This document shows positions 12,380 through 24,924 of a DNA stretch of 64,000 nt, piece after piece. Every line of letters begins with the position of its first letter. The stretch's first letter is position 1. Origin of the DNA: Anolis carolinensis. Taxonomy: Eukaryota. The position numbers and the translations under genes are program-made. The notes below the pieces were generated by a model. That model was given only the letters and a program-made list of their open reading frames with translations, was not told the origin of the DNA and did not search any database. The stretch is from NCBI RefSeq assembly GCF_035594765.1, contig NC_085845.1, forward strand, positions 191,162,897 to 191,226,896. The letters are read 5' to 3'.

Positions 12380-13058
12380 TAAATGGCTCCGCCCCAGTTT
12401 ACCTGTCCAAATGCATCTCCCTATACAAACCACTACGAAGACTAAGATCCGCTGGGAGGCCTTGCTTTCAGTCCTGCCACCATCACAGGCATGTTTGGCA
12501 GGGACAAGAGACAGGGCCTTCTCAGTGATTGCCTCCCAGCAATGGAGCTCCCTCCCTGGCAAGATTAGATCAGCCCCCCCCCCCCATGTCCTTCAGAAAT
12601 ATGGTAAAGACCTGGCTGTGGGACCAAGCCTTTGGGGCAGTGCAATGAGGCAATAATAGGAAACCTACTCTGCTCACCTGAGCCAGCATGGTGTCCTGAG
12701 TTGGTTTAAATAGCTAATTGTATAGTAGGAATAACTGATTTTAATATTTGTGTATATTTATAATTACTTTATGTCCTGGCATGGAGTGCTTGCCGTTTAT
12801 TTATTTATTTATTTACAGTATTTATATTCTGCCCTTCTCACCCCGAAGGGGACTCAGGGTGGATCACATTGCACATACAAAGCACACATTCAATGTCATA
12901 ACACAGAACAGAGACAGAGGCACGGGCTGACCTCGAACTCATGACCACTTGGTCAGAGTGATTTGTTGCAGCTGGCTGCTAACCAGCCTGTTGTGCTCCG
13001 CCCTGAGTTCCCTTTGGGGTGAGAAGGGCAGAACATAAATGTTTTAAATAAATAAATA
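12380..13058 (+). mobile_element. L2 LINE 3' fragment interrupted by a SINE
   Basis: Translation includes L2-type AGTRDRAFSV...WSSLP; resumes after the SINE with CGCCCTGAGTTCCCTTTGGGGTGAGAAGGGC and (TAAA)n. Confidence 0.85.
12796..12989 (-). mobile_element. Anolis SINE2-like, short form, nested in L2
   Basis: Reverse complement of the 49201-49438 type. Confidence 0.85.
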
Positions 13059-13149
13059 CATGATTGCCGATGGCCCGGAAAGTACACAACACCTAATTCA
13101 TATGAATTTTACCTGGTCCACACATACTGGCTCTATCTTAAATAAGTGG

Positions 13150-13620
13150 CAACCAGGCTGAACAAATTCAGTTTCCTAAACCGCTCCTCATAGGACCTGG
13201 CCCTTAGCATTTTGGTCACCCTTCTCTGGACATACTGAATGAATTGTTTATTGTACTAGCCATAGGCCATGACATCAGTAATATACAACCTTTATAAGCA
13301 CTTTCCAATATAAACATTAAAACTTATTAAAAAAATTAAAACTAGCTCTTTAAAATTATGATAACAGCAACATAACAATGACAGTGTCTGATTTGTATCA
13401 TCCCAAACCATCACCATTTCCATTTCTGACCTCAAGTATGGAATTTGCTACTTTAGCTCTGATCTTTTGGTCTGCAATTGCAAATGTGGCAACCTTTAGT
13501 GTTATATTTTTGGAATAATCTGCTAGCAAGTCACAGATCACAGCAGATTGTTGCCATTGTTCCAGCTTCAATAATATCCTTCTTTACTCTGGTGTCCAGA
13601 ACTGGACACAGTATTCAGAT
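13150..13620 (-). mobile_element. Degenerate CR1 pieces (about 13150-13234 and 13590-13617) flanking an unrelated LINE-like 3' end
   Basis: CR1-like CCGCTCCTCATAGG...CTTCTCTGGAC and GTCCAGAACTGGACACAGTA; insert starts with reverse tail TTGTTTATTGTACTAGCCATAGGCCAT. Confidence 0.5.
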
Positions 13621-14684
13621 TACTTTCTTAAGAGTTGATCATTGACCTCAACTGTTGATTGTTTTTTCAGTGGGGTGTCTTGACATATCTAAATACGCTT
13701 TCATGTGTAAGACTGATACATTTGCTATTATTCTTTACACCCCTACCTAAGATAGCAGTTGATATGGAGGTCCCATACCCTTCAAATACAAGTCTCCTCG
13801 TGAGGTTCTAAAGATCACTATATGCTTCAAGGCACAAGTTAAAATGGTGATACTGATCAGAAAATGCCTGATTCATATGCACTCTGCAAGACACAAATGG
13901 AGATTATGCTTCAGTTCCACACAACGCTAGTACAAATAGAGCACCAACACAGGGGAGACCAATTTAATGAGCAGTTAACATCTAGTCATAATGCTCCTTT
14001 CCAGCAAAGTACTAAAGAAATAGGAGAAAGGCCTGTGCAATGACTCAGTTCTTGTGATTTTGATATTCACGCATCCACCAACTTTACAAATTGTGGGGAC
14101 CCAGGTTCCAGTCAGGAGTCTGTATGTGCAGGTGGATGGTTGAATGAAAGGGAAACTCCAAGATTTTTTTCAAGTCCATATAATGAAACTTTAGCAACAA
14201 ATCAATATGTCAGAGAATTGTGGAGCATTTCCTAACCTTGCTGGAGGCGTTCATCCGCATGCCCGACTACTTACTGCCTTCACTTTTTAATGCTGCCTTG
14301 GTGATTTTTTTCTCATGCTTATTGCAAGCCCTCCTTACAAGTATGAGAAAGCACTGAAGAATACAATTTTGGAAGGAGTGGGAAACATTTGTATTTTACA
14401 TTTGCTTTTGACAAAAAATAAAGTACTCTCATTATAATCATTGGTTAATTCTTTTCAATATTATTTTCCCTTTCTCTGTGCCAAAAAGATCAGCAGGTAC
14501 TCAGAGCAAGTCATCGCTCTAGACGCTGCATTTAATATAATTATAAAGAATTCAGCTGCTTTTCATCTGGCTGGCAGAGCGCTTACGGTATAAGAATATT
14601 TGTTGGATTTTTACATTATAAAAATTTCATGGCAACATTTAGGGGCAAGCTAGATAAAGTATTCAGTATGTTGTGTTGTCGCCC

Positions 14685-15256
14685 AAATAGGAATCAAGGA
14701 ACATGAAAGGCACTGCAGACTAATTCAATCAGAGAAATCAGCCATAGCAGAGCACCTGATGAACCAACCTGGTCACTGCATATTATTTAAGAACAGAACA
14801 ATGCTGGACCACTGTAACAACCACCATGTCAGACTACACAGAGAAGCCATTTCAATAGAAAGGAGGAAACCATAAAATGAATAAAATCTGGCTACCAGTA
14901 TTTTTAAAAAAATCTAAAATCAGGACAGTAAATAAATAACAACACTCAGAAAACAGGAGAATTCCAGTCAACAATCAGGGCCAGCTAACACCTCCCAACA
15001 AAGGATTCCCCCAGGCAGGAAGCAGCCAGGCTATTCAATGCTAATGAAGCTGGCCAATTGCACCATTCACACTTGTCCCAGGCAGACAAGAGTTCTTTCT
15101 CCCACCCTAGACATTCCACAGATATATAAACCTCCCTCGTCTAGTTTCCAATATACCTCGCAAGCTCTGAGGATGCCTACCATAGATGCGGGTGAAACGT
15201 CAGGAGAGAATGCTTCTGGAACATGGTCATACAGCCCGGAAAACTCACAGCAACCT
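14685..15256 (+). mobile_element. Penelope-like element (Poseidon type) 3' part
   Basis: Translates to RIKEHERHCRL..EKSAIAEHLMNQPGH...RLHREAI (GIY-YIG endonuclease C-terminal half); terminal repeat carries a hammerhead core. Confidence 0.9.
15163..15206 (+). ncRNA. Minimal hammerhead ribozyme motif (Penelope-associated, degenerate)
   Basis: CTGAGGA (15167-15173), stem II GCCTAC/GCGGGT with mismatches, GAAAC-GTC with predicted cleavage after C15201. Confidence 0.7.
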
Positions 15257-15348
15257 GTTCAGTATGTCTTGGAATTTTGCATCTCTATGTAACTAACAGC
15301 CAATGACGAGGTAATAATTTACAGAATTTCTGCAGGTTCCTGACACAA

Positions 15349-15411
15349 TCCTCCTCCTCCTCCTCCTCCTCCTCCTCCTCCTCCCCCTCCTCTTCCTCCT
15401 CTTCCTCCTCT
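15349..15411. repeat. (CCT)n microsatellite
   Basis: Direct inspection. Confidence 0.95.
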
Positions 15412-16999
15412 CTAACAGGGAAGATTCCCCATTTCTACCTACTAGACATTTTCTCCCAATAGAAGTAGTAGTTTCAGAAGGACAATCATTGTCTGGCCTG
15501 CAATGAAGGTGGGAAGACAAGGTTGCTAAAGTTACGTTTTGGACTATGATTCCTAGAATAAGCACAGCTGGATTGACTGCGAGGTTCTCAGAAGTAGAGT
15601 ATCCAAAAAGTAACTTTTCAAAGCTCTACAAAAGGGATTTACTGGTCCCATCTGCTGAGATCTTGATAAGTATGGCACATATACACACAAATACACCCAC
15701 TGTGATTTTCATTTTTAAAGACAAAAACTTCACATTAAATACAAAGGTATTTAATGCACGATCTAGATTGAGAAATCCGTGGTTACCTTTCATACTTGGA
15801 GAGAGCATTTGCTTTGCCATTGACCAACAGCCATCTATATCAACAAGTTCCAAGTTCAAAAGAGAACAACAGAGTCTCAAACCGATTCTGTTTGAACTGC
15901 TTAACAAAAGCCACAAAGGAATGTTCCCATATTTTAGATGACGAAATGGCACCAGCGAATTGGCTGTGATCTCTCCACATTTGACTGAATCAAGGACCTT
16001 TTTATCGCTTTTTTTCTTCTTCTCAGCTTCACCCCTGTTGAGTGATCTTGATATGAAATCCAAACATTATCCATGGTTTACTTCCAGCCTGGGCCTGGTT
16101 TGCTGAGATTAAGAATGAAGAAAGGCACAACTTTTTTTTCTAGCAGCACGTCCTATTTCAGAGCAATTGAAGCAGACGCAATCAAACAAGTTTCTTAATA
16201 TCTGAGGATCCTGGAGAGCAAACATAATAATTTAAAGATAATTAAATTTTGAAATGTACAAATAGTGGGATTAGATATTTAAGAATCAAAACTGCAAATC
16301 CGGACTTGACCCCTATTGCTAGTCCAAATTACAATAGACCGACTGTATCAGTGGGATTTGCCTACTTCTTGACTCATGATTCAATAAGTAATTCAGTAGG
16401 TCTATTCTAACTGAAAATGACCAATAAAATTTAAGCCTATATTTTCCAGTTGACAAAAAGCAATGGCCACATCCATATGGAACAGGACCACCGAGATTTC
16501 CTGCTCTCTTTTTGCCGGGCAAAGTGAAATTCTGAAAAACTTCAATTTCGAAAATGCACATTAAATATAGTCACTCTCAAAGAACTATATTTTATTGAAA
16601 CCCTGATGTTAAACAAGCTAAGATATGAAATAATCTTTTGATTGAGTCTTCTTCCCAATATTGCAACCCACAGTTTTCCAAATGGGAAAGAAGCCTGAAG
16701 CCCATCCTGCTTTGTTGTCATATAAGGGGAAACATGTTTCCTGATCCTTGCCGATTGGATCATATGTGGACAACATGACGGTTATTGACAACACGCTAAT
16801 AGGAGTAGTAATGAATTTACTCTGGGAGGTTTTTTTTTTCTACAGAGCTATTGAAAATCTTGAATCTTTTTTTTGAAGGTAGCTTGAGGATTAAAGTGCA
16901 GACTAAAACCCAGAATGGATTTCTTGTCCCATCACCATAGAAACTATATATTCAGGTTTTGCTATTTTCACTTTTGAGTGCTCTATCTGATGTATCTTA

Positions 17000-17663
17000 G
17001 GGACCTTCCATACAGCCATATAACCCAGAATATCAAGGCAGATAATCCACAATATCTGCTTTGAACTGAATTATCTGAGTCCACACTGTCATATAATCCA
17101 GTTCAATGTCAGCGTGCTGGAAGAAGCAAAGACCACCAGCATTGAAACAATGCTCCTATGCCATCAACTCCGCTGGACTGGCCACGTTGTCCGAATGCCG
17201 GATCACTGTCTCCCAAAGCAACTACTCTACTCCGAACTCAAGAACGAGAAACGTAATGTTGGTGGGCAGGAAAAGAGATTTAAAGATGGGCTTAAAGCCA
17301 ACCTTAAAAACTGTGGCATAGACACTGAGAACTGGGAAGCCCTGGCCCTTGAATGCTCTAATTGGCGGTCAGCTGTGACCAGCAGTGCTGCGGAGTTCGA
17401 AGAGGCACGAATTGAGGGCTTAAAGGAGAAACGTGCCGAGGAAGGAGCGTCAAGCCAACCCTGACCGAGACCGCTTTCCATCTGGAAACAGATGTCCTCA
17501 TTGCGGGAGAACATGCAGATCAAGAATAGGTCTCTTCAGTCACCTGCGGACACACCCCCAAGGCCCTATAACTGGAGGACCATCATCCTCAGTCTACGAG
17601 GGATCGCCTAAGTAAGTATAATCCAGTTCAATGTGGGTTTTATATAGCTGTGTGGAAAGGGAC
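17000..17663. mobile_element. Harbinger-type MITE split by an RTE insertion
   Basis: Left GGGACCTTCCATACAGCC and right GCTGTGTGGAAAGGGAC termini; the two halves match the intact copy at 58648-58786. Confidence 0.85.
17110..17616 (+). mobile_element. RTE clade LINE, 5'-truncated
   Basis: LRWTGHVVRMPD...KRFKDGLKANLK and CPHCGRTCRSRIGLFSHLRTH zinc finger; (TAAG)n tail; 18-bp TSD TATAATCCAGTTCAATGT (17092-17109, 17617-17634). Confidence 0.95.
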
Positions 17664-17684
17664 ATAGATACACTGGGATATGCT

Positions 17685-18598
17685 TTACTTACTTACTTAG
17701 GCAATCCCTCGTAGCTCGAGGATGATGGTCCTCCAAGTGTAGTGTCTTGGCAGTGGATACGTAGGTGGCTATGGAGATCTATTCTTGACCCGCATGTTCT
17801 TCCCCAGTGAAGACATCAGTTTCCAGATGGAAGGTGATCCCAGTCAGGGTTGGCTTGACACTCCTTCCTCTTAAGATGTTTCTCCCTTTCAACCTCCATT
17901 TGTGCCTCTTCAAATTCTGCAGCACTGCTGGTTACAGCTGACCTCCAGTTAGAGCGCTCAAGGGCCAGGACTTCCCAGTTCTCAGTGTCTATACCACCAT
18001 TTTTGAGGATGGCTTTAAGCCCATTTTTAAATCTCTTTTCCTGTCCATCAGCATTACATTTCCTGTTCTTGGGTTGGGAGTATAGTAACTTCTTTGGGAG
18101 ACGGTGATCAGGCATTTGGACAACGTGGCCAGTCCAACAAAGTTGATGGCGTAGGAGCATCGCTTCAATGCTGGTGATCTTTGCTTCTTCCCGCATGCTG
18201 ACATTTGTCTGCCTTTCTTCCCAAGAGATTTGCAGGATTTTTCGGAGGCAACGCTGATGGTATCTTTCCAGGAGCTGAGTGTGACGTCTGTAGACAGTCC
18301 ACGTTTCGCAGGCATATAGCAGGGTTGGGAGAACAATAGCTTTATAAACAAGCATCTTGGTATCCCTATGGATGTCTTGATCCTTGAATACTCTCTGCTT
18401 CATTCAGAAAAATGCTGCACTCGCAGAGGTCAGGCGGTGTTGTATTTCAGCGTCAATGTTGACTTTTATGGAGAGGTGGCTGCCAAGGTAGTGGAAATGG
18501 TCAAAATTTTCTGTTACACCATTAAGCTGTATTCCTGGCATTGCAGAGGGATTGGGTGATAACTGCTGGAAGAGCACTTTGGTTTTCTTGATGTTCAC
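17685..18598 (-). mobile_element. RTE clade LINE, 5'-truncated
   Basis: ORFs 18404-18616 (NIKKTKVL...FHYLGS) and 17816-18403 (TKMLVYKAIVLPTLLYACETW); reverse (TAAG)n tail. Confidence 0.95.
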
Positions 18599-19039
18599 AG
18601 ATACAGACATGTACACTACCCTATGCTAACATACATATACACCTATTCTGCTTCTCCCCATATCATATCCTGCTGAAAATGTTCAGGAAAGAGAGAGGCT
18701 TTAACTTCCCCTCTCCTATTGCTCCCACATTTCTGGGTGGGAGAGTAAAGACTTCACTACCACAGCAATCTACAGCAGGATCAGTTGGGATGTGGGCAAC
18801 CTTTAACCTTGTCTCCATGCTTATGATTGAGATCTATACCATTGGGAACAGGTTAAATTCTCCTTGGACCCCATCTTGATGTAGTTCACCAGAAAGAGAT
18901 AAAAGTTGCTCTTCTCAAGGAAATAATAGTGTGGATGGCTCTCTTCACAAAGCTCCATTCCCAGAATTCCTGGTCCTGTTGGAAAACTGTCTGGAGCCAA
19001 TGACCTTGAGTCCTCTGGTCAGAGTGAAAACTATGTAAA

Positions 19040-19150
19040 AAAGGTAAAGGTAAAGGTTTCCCCTGACGTTTTGTCCAGTTGTTGGTGCTCATCTCCATTT
19101 CTAAGCCAAAGAGCCGGCATTGTCCATAGACATCTCCAGATCATGTGGCC
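19040..19150 (-). mobile_element. Sauria SINE 3' fragment
   Basis: Reverse of (ACCTTT)n tail and GGCTTAGAAATGGAGATGAGCACC, as in 25159-25489. Confidence 0.85.
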
Positions 19151-21627
19151 AAAAACTATGTACAACAGGTTTTTTTGGACTGTAACCCATGGCATCCTCA
19201 AACAGCTAGGGAATTGTAACATTTACTGGACGTTGCAATGCATTTCAATTTGGATGGCTATATGATGTTGGTAATTTCAGTTAGAATAAGCCCACTGAAT
19301 CAGTTGCTAAATGATGAGACAACACATGTAAATGATTCCACAAATCTATTCTGCCTAGAACTGAAATTCAGGCCTTATCCTACAAAGAAATGAGAAGAAT
19401 GGGAGTAAACCTGTATCTTCCAACATTTCATAGGTTTGACCAGGATATGCAGCTATGCAATATAAGAACATGGTCAAAATGACAATCAATGTTGCATCAA
19501 TCTAAAATATTTGGTTTAAATTCTTATTTCTCTGTTAGAGCATGTTGTTGTAGCATGATATTTTGCTGAAGCTCTTATTACCTTTTTAATGTAAAAATCT
19601 CAGAACAAAGACCAGTGATCTCTTTACACGGGCTACTGGAATTGGCACATCATGATAAATCCAGCAACTGCTATTGGGGGGCATGAGGGACCCATCGTCC
19701 CATGCCCTGCATTGTCCAGCTTACCAGGAAGCTGATCCCACAGGAGGGAGCGTCAACTCCATTGCTTCTGGTGCAACACAAAAAACATCCTGTGTTGCCG
19801 CCGCAGCAGTATATGCCACTTCCACACTAGTTGACCCACAGAGCCCTGCCAGATGTTCCTCTGCAACGCGAGATGAGTCAACTAGGGCTGAACCGGTGTA
19901 TGCTGCTGAAGTAAGCCCCGTCTGAAAAGGTCAGAAATTCCATTCAGTTTCCTGGTGCATCATTTGGTTTGGAGAAATAAAAACACCAAGAATTAACTTG
20001 GGAATTTAGCATAAAAATCCCATTATACAACTCTGGCAGTACTGAGGAGGGCTCCAAAGTATTATCAATTTACAGTGTTGACAGCAGAAGCTTGGGTGGT
20101 GAGAAGGAACTTGTGTTAAATTTGAGCTGGATGCTAGAACAACAAGATATATCTGTACACTTGCAGAAAAGGTTTGTGGGATAAAGGAGAGCAGGACAAT
20201 GATGAATGGAATTTCATTTTTAAGACCATGATAAAAGTCTGGGCTATACTTACAAAGAACTTATCATCCAGTAAGTACAATGTCTTTGGATTTTCATAAA
20301 GCCTCTGCCATAGATAGAATCAAGCATGTTTCCCCGTGTAGAGTAAAGGTACCTTGGTGATACTCTCTTTATTAAAAACACCTGGGAATACATTTATAAC
20401 TTAGGATGGCATGGAAAGCAATAAAGTATGCCCACCACTACATCCAATTTGCCTAGCAGCTGGAGAAATGTCCAAATTGTAAAAGCCACAGCCAAGATTA
20501 CACACCAAATCTCATCCAGGAATTCAGGTAAGGGTCCTCATTCAAAGCTTTAGAACATCTTAATGGAAATTCTACACTGTAAGAGCAAATAGAAGAGGAA
20601 ATGTCTGAGAAGCAAGTACTTCAGAAGAACAGAGAAATTATATTTGTAGTATAAGAGCCATTGATTTAGTTACATGTAATGCATAATAAGATTTCACACA
20701 AACGGTAATATTCTTCAGCTACTTCTTTTTTTAAAAAATTGCTTATTATTGGAACAGGGAAATGCTCGCATTGTCTAGCAATAAGGGCAGATTGTATGCA
20801 TATGGAGGAGAGAAATAATAAGTTGGTAATCCCCCAAATGGGATTTGGGGTATGGTATGTTTTTTAATCAACCCACAGTCCATTTTTCAACAATATAAAA
20901 CAGAGGGAAAGATAATAGGCAAGTAGTTGTTGTGATTATTTATGCCTATGACTCGCAATCTGTATTGTAGGTAGGTATGGGTTCATAACTATAGATGTGA
21001 TGCCTCACTATTTTTTTCTCAAAGATATTCATGACTAATTTCAGTACTTTTCTTCCAATGCAAGAAAATATTTTAAAATCACGCAGATTACTTGGTGTTT
21101 TGTGACAAAGGTGATCCATATAGGCCTGAGCTTAAGGACTAAATAGAAACACCTTGACTTATTTTTTAAGGTCGCTAGAAGCTAGCGTGAGCTAATATTC
21201 AAGTCCCTTAAAGCTGTAAAAATATTGCTAATTACATCACCTGCATAATAAGTATGTGCATTAGTAAAATGTGCACCTACCAACTCTGAATTTTTGTTAA
21301 AATGTTAGAAGGTATTGGCAAGAACATTTGTCTCTTTGAAAACTTGGCCAGATATTAGAGATGCTGAATGATTATTTTTCTTCTTCACAATTGGCAGTGT
21401 GTTTCTTTCTTTGATGCATCATAGGTAAGTGCAGATGCTGACAAGGGACATGAAAGGTTGGAATGGGGTTAGAAAACCTTTGAAAATGTATTTTTCAGGA
21501 AACCTGAAAGATAGGGGTTTTTTTTTCAGATTTGAGACATATCAGCACAGAAGTTTTTAAGAGATTTAAAATGCATTCCTTCTTGGGAAAACATGGGAAC
21601 AGTTGCTATGCGAAGAAGGCAAAGTAA

Positions 21628-21777
21628 GGCCCCTTTCACACAAATGAATAAAATCCCACATCATCTGCTTTGGACTGGAATATATGGCAGTGTAGACTCG
21701 GATAACCCAGTTCAAAGCAGATATTGTGGGATTTTCTGCCTTGATATTCTGGGTTATAGGGCTGTGTGGAAGGGCCC
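21628..21777. mobile_element. PIF/Harbinger-type MITE
   Basis: TIRs GGCCCCTTTCACAC / GTGTGGAAGGGCCC with TAA on both sides (3-bp TSD). Confidence 0.87.
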
Positions 21778-22085
21778 TAAAACAAAACTTTAGCACAAGA
21801 ATAAGGCATGTGTGGCCCTCCAGATGTTGTTAGACTACAATCCTGTCATGCCCGCTGTTGGTGGCACTGGTTAGAGCTAATGGGAGATACAATCCCATCC
21901 TCTCTTTAACAGAATTCTTAGCACCAGGAGACAATTCTTGGGGAAAAGTGATGGGAAGGTGTGATTGAACCACTATATTGCACAAGCCTAATGACCTCCT
22001 CACATGAGGTCCTTTTCGATGACATGCACCAGTTTGCCAATAGTTTTATGACAGAGCCCAGCAACTCCCATCCCACAGCATAGAC

Positions 22086-22221
22086 CAGTGGTTCTCAACC
22101 TGTGGGTCCCCAGATGTTTATGGCCTTCAACTCCCAGAAATCCTAACAGCTGGTAAACTGGCTGGGATTTCTGGCAGTTGTAGGTCAAAAACATCTGGGG
22201 ACCCCAGATTGAGAACCACTG
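22086..22221. mobile_element. hAT MITE (136 bp, near-palindromic)
   Basis: TIR CAGTGGTTCTCAA; 8-bp TSD GCATAGAC / ACATAGAC. Confidence 0.9.
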
Positions 22222-22549
22222 ACATAGACCAACTTCCAATGGGACTCTGTCGTACAAGTATTGGTAAATCGGCACAGGCCACTGTGGCAGCAACATGGGA
22301 GGCTTCCCATATTGAATAGAAGTCAACAGAGGAAAACCAGGTGGCCAATGCTCCCCGTGAGATGGGGATTTGAGTGAGTCTGGTGACACGGGGCATGGGG
22401 TGATGTCCCCCGATGGGCACTGTCAGATTCGCCACAGTGTGTGGCAATTCCGGTGGCCCATTTGTTGAAGTCGCAAGACCTGGAAGTTCAACCATGAAGG
22501 TCTAATTTCTCTGTGATAGCTGAACAGTGACTAAAGCTGATAGCATGAA

Positions 22550-22893
22550 AATCATGTAATTTGAAAAGGGGTTCATGGCAAAAAGTTCTGTGGATGTCCT
22601 GGACTGACAAAATATCAAATGAATGGATTCAAGAGAAAATTAAGCCCAAACTCTACCTTAGAGCCAAGATTACTAAAATGGAACTGTTGTGCTTTGAAAA
22701 ATATCATGAGAGGACATGGCGCATTAGAAAAGAGAATAATGCTCAGTAAGGTAGAAGTCAGTAGAAAAAAAGGAAGACTGAATTCCAGATAGACCACAGT
22801 CTAGGGTCTACATGACCAGAGTAGGGTGGCTGAGGATAAGTTGAAGTTGACAGCAATTAACAACAACAGCAACAGCAATAACAACAACAACAA
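22550..22893 (+). mobile_element. Old RTE-BovB-like LINE 3' fragment
   Basis: Degenerate homology to 8500-8929; (CAA)n tail. Confidence 0.6.
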
Positions 22894-23662
22894 AAAGATA
22901 GAGCTTTAGAAGAGTTCCAGACAAGAGGGCCCCTGGCACCATATCGCCAAATGCATTTTACATTTTTATGGGATGAAAAAGATGTGCTGGGGTAAAGAGG
23001 ATAGGCAGGTTGCAAAGGTCTCTTCCTACACAAATATAGTCCTCTATTATCATGCCAACATGCTACAGAATCCCAGGATTTTCAGCTTAGAACGCAGTAA
23101 TTAGAATTCTCAGCCAGAGAGTTCAACAAACTTCAAAGCCCAAAATTCCATAGCACGCAGCCATGGCAATTATCATGGAATTACCATGTTTTGTATGAAA
23201 GAGCCAAACAACATTAGTCACCATCTCAATGAAATATGTACCCACACTCCAGTTCTAACAGTGAGCCAGGATTGTTGCATGGGATAAAGCTTTTTCTGCA
23301 GTGGTTGTTTTTCTTGATAAAGTACATTTCCAGAATTGATTGTGAAATATGAACACAGTTTGCACATCAGTCCAGATGCTTTTTCTGATTATGGCTGTGC
23401 TTCAGGGTTTCACAGTGGAAAGATTAATATAAAGTTGCAGATTCAGTTCCTGGCATTTCCATTTCTTAGATTCTCAACTACCAAAACCAAGAAAAATAGC
23501 TGCATGAGACATATGAAAATTGTTCTCATTAAAATTAAAATACAGTTAAGATACCATATCCATGCCAGACTGTAGTTACCTGAAGCTGCAAATTGCTAAA
23601 TACCATTACATTGCCATGTCCAGTCCCAGCATACCATAGAGTTACATTGGAGGACTTAAGAG

Positions 23663-23797
23663 CAGTGGTTCTCAACCTCTGGGTCCCCAGATGCTTTGGT
23701 CTTCAACTCCTGGAAATCCTAACAGCTGGTAAACTGGCTGGGATTTCTGGGAGTTGTAAGCCAAAACACCTGGGGACCCACAGGTTGAGAACCACTG
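23663..23797. mobile_element. hAT MITE
   Basis: Same family as 22086 and 32371; TIR CAGTGGTTCTCAACCT; TSD only partly matching. Confidence 0.88.
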
Positions 23798-24024
23798 ACC
23801 TAGAGATACCTACAAATTTGCTATGCTACTCAATGCAACTGTGTGGTGCTTTCTGCGGGAATCATACCATACATTTCATTGGAGGACCTAAGAAATTCCT
23901 AGAGAGATTATTTCCCTCTACATGTGGGTGAGCAGAAATACATTGGTCCATTTGTTGTGGATTCAGCTACCGCAAAAGCTGCAGGTTTGTGGGCATAGCG
24001 TATCTAGCTTCCCAGAAGGCCAGA

Positions 24025-24778
24025 TGAGGAACAGACTGTTGGAAGATAAAATCAGAGGTTTATTTTTACTGGCCAGAAATGATGTCAGTGGAGAAGGCAC
24101 TCCAAAGAATTGACATGCCACAATTGCAAATACAGAGCATGTTTATTACATTTTGACCTCTGCACTAGCTTCTGATTGGGCCAGGAAGTGTCTGGTTAGA
24201 ATTTGTTCCTTGGTTGGGGATTCCTTTCGATGTCATCACTGGTTGGTCTTTGCTGTGGTAGAAAACTTTAATAAACTCTCATTGGATTACTTCAAAGAGT
24301 CTGTTTAACAATCCACCCCTGAGAGGAGCATGATTGAGAAGGAATGTGGTGTGGTGATCAGTAATGGGCTTAATGTCCTGGTTCTGTTGGTGACAAACAA
24401 TGGGTTGAGACCTGATAAACAATGGGTGCTTTAAGATAATAGCCATGTCAATGGGTGTCTTAAGGATGAGTTGGGCTGGGGCAAGGGAGAGGAATCATTC
24501 CCATCAATAACCCATATTGTATCAGGTGAAACAGGAAAAGAACCCAGGAGGCTATGATGCATTGTGTACTCCCCCCAAGCCTTCCAATTCATTGCAAAAG
24601 GAATATGATAATTTGGAGAATCATTTCCTGGAGTCCTAGGAGTGGTGAAGCAACATGCAAAAGGAATTTATGAGGGGTTATCACAGCGTGAAAAGAAAAA
24701 GGCAAAGCAAGTGTGTTGTATGTCCTCATGGAACTGCGCCTCATAATTCATATTTTTGGGACTGGTTTTTCGATAACA
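24025..24778 (-). mobile_element. Solo LTR (ERV-like), about 754 bp
   Basis: TG...CA termini; reverse AATAAA near the left end; several reverse CCAAT boxes; flanks CAGA/CACA (4-bp TSD with 1 mismatch); ends homologous to 29484-30180. Confidence 0.65.
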
Positions 24779-24924
24779 CACATTTACCAGGGTCCTATTT
24801 TAATAGCATAACAAGGCTAACTTCTTAGAAATTTATACGTGATAAAAGAGATGTATTTTCACCAGAAAATACAGTCAAGCCTGTGGTAGAGGAGGAAAGA
24901 AATGTCATTGCTTTCTGGATGAAA

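Noticed and set aside
15546-16063. Overlapping 131-aa and 145-aa ORFs as a host gene
   Set aside because: No recognisable domain and no convincing exon structure; may be non-coding unique sequence
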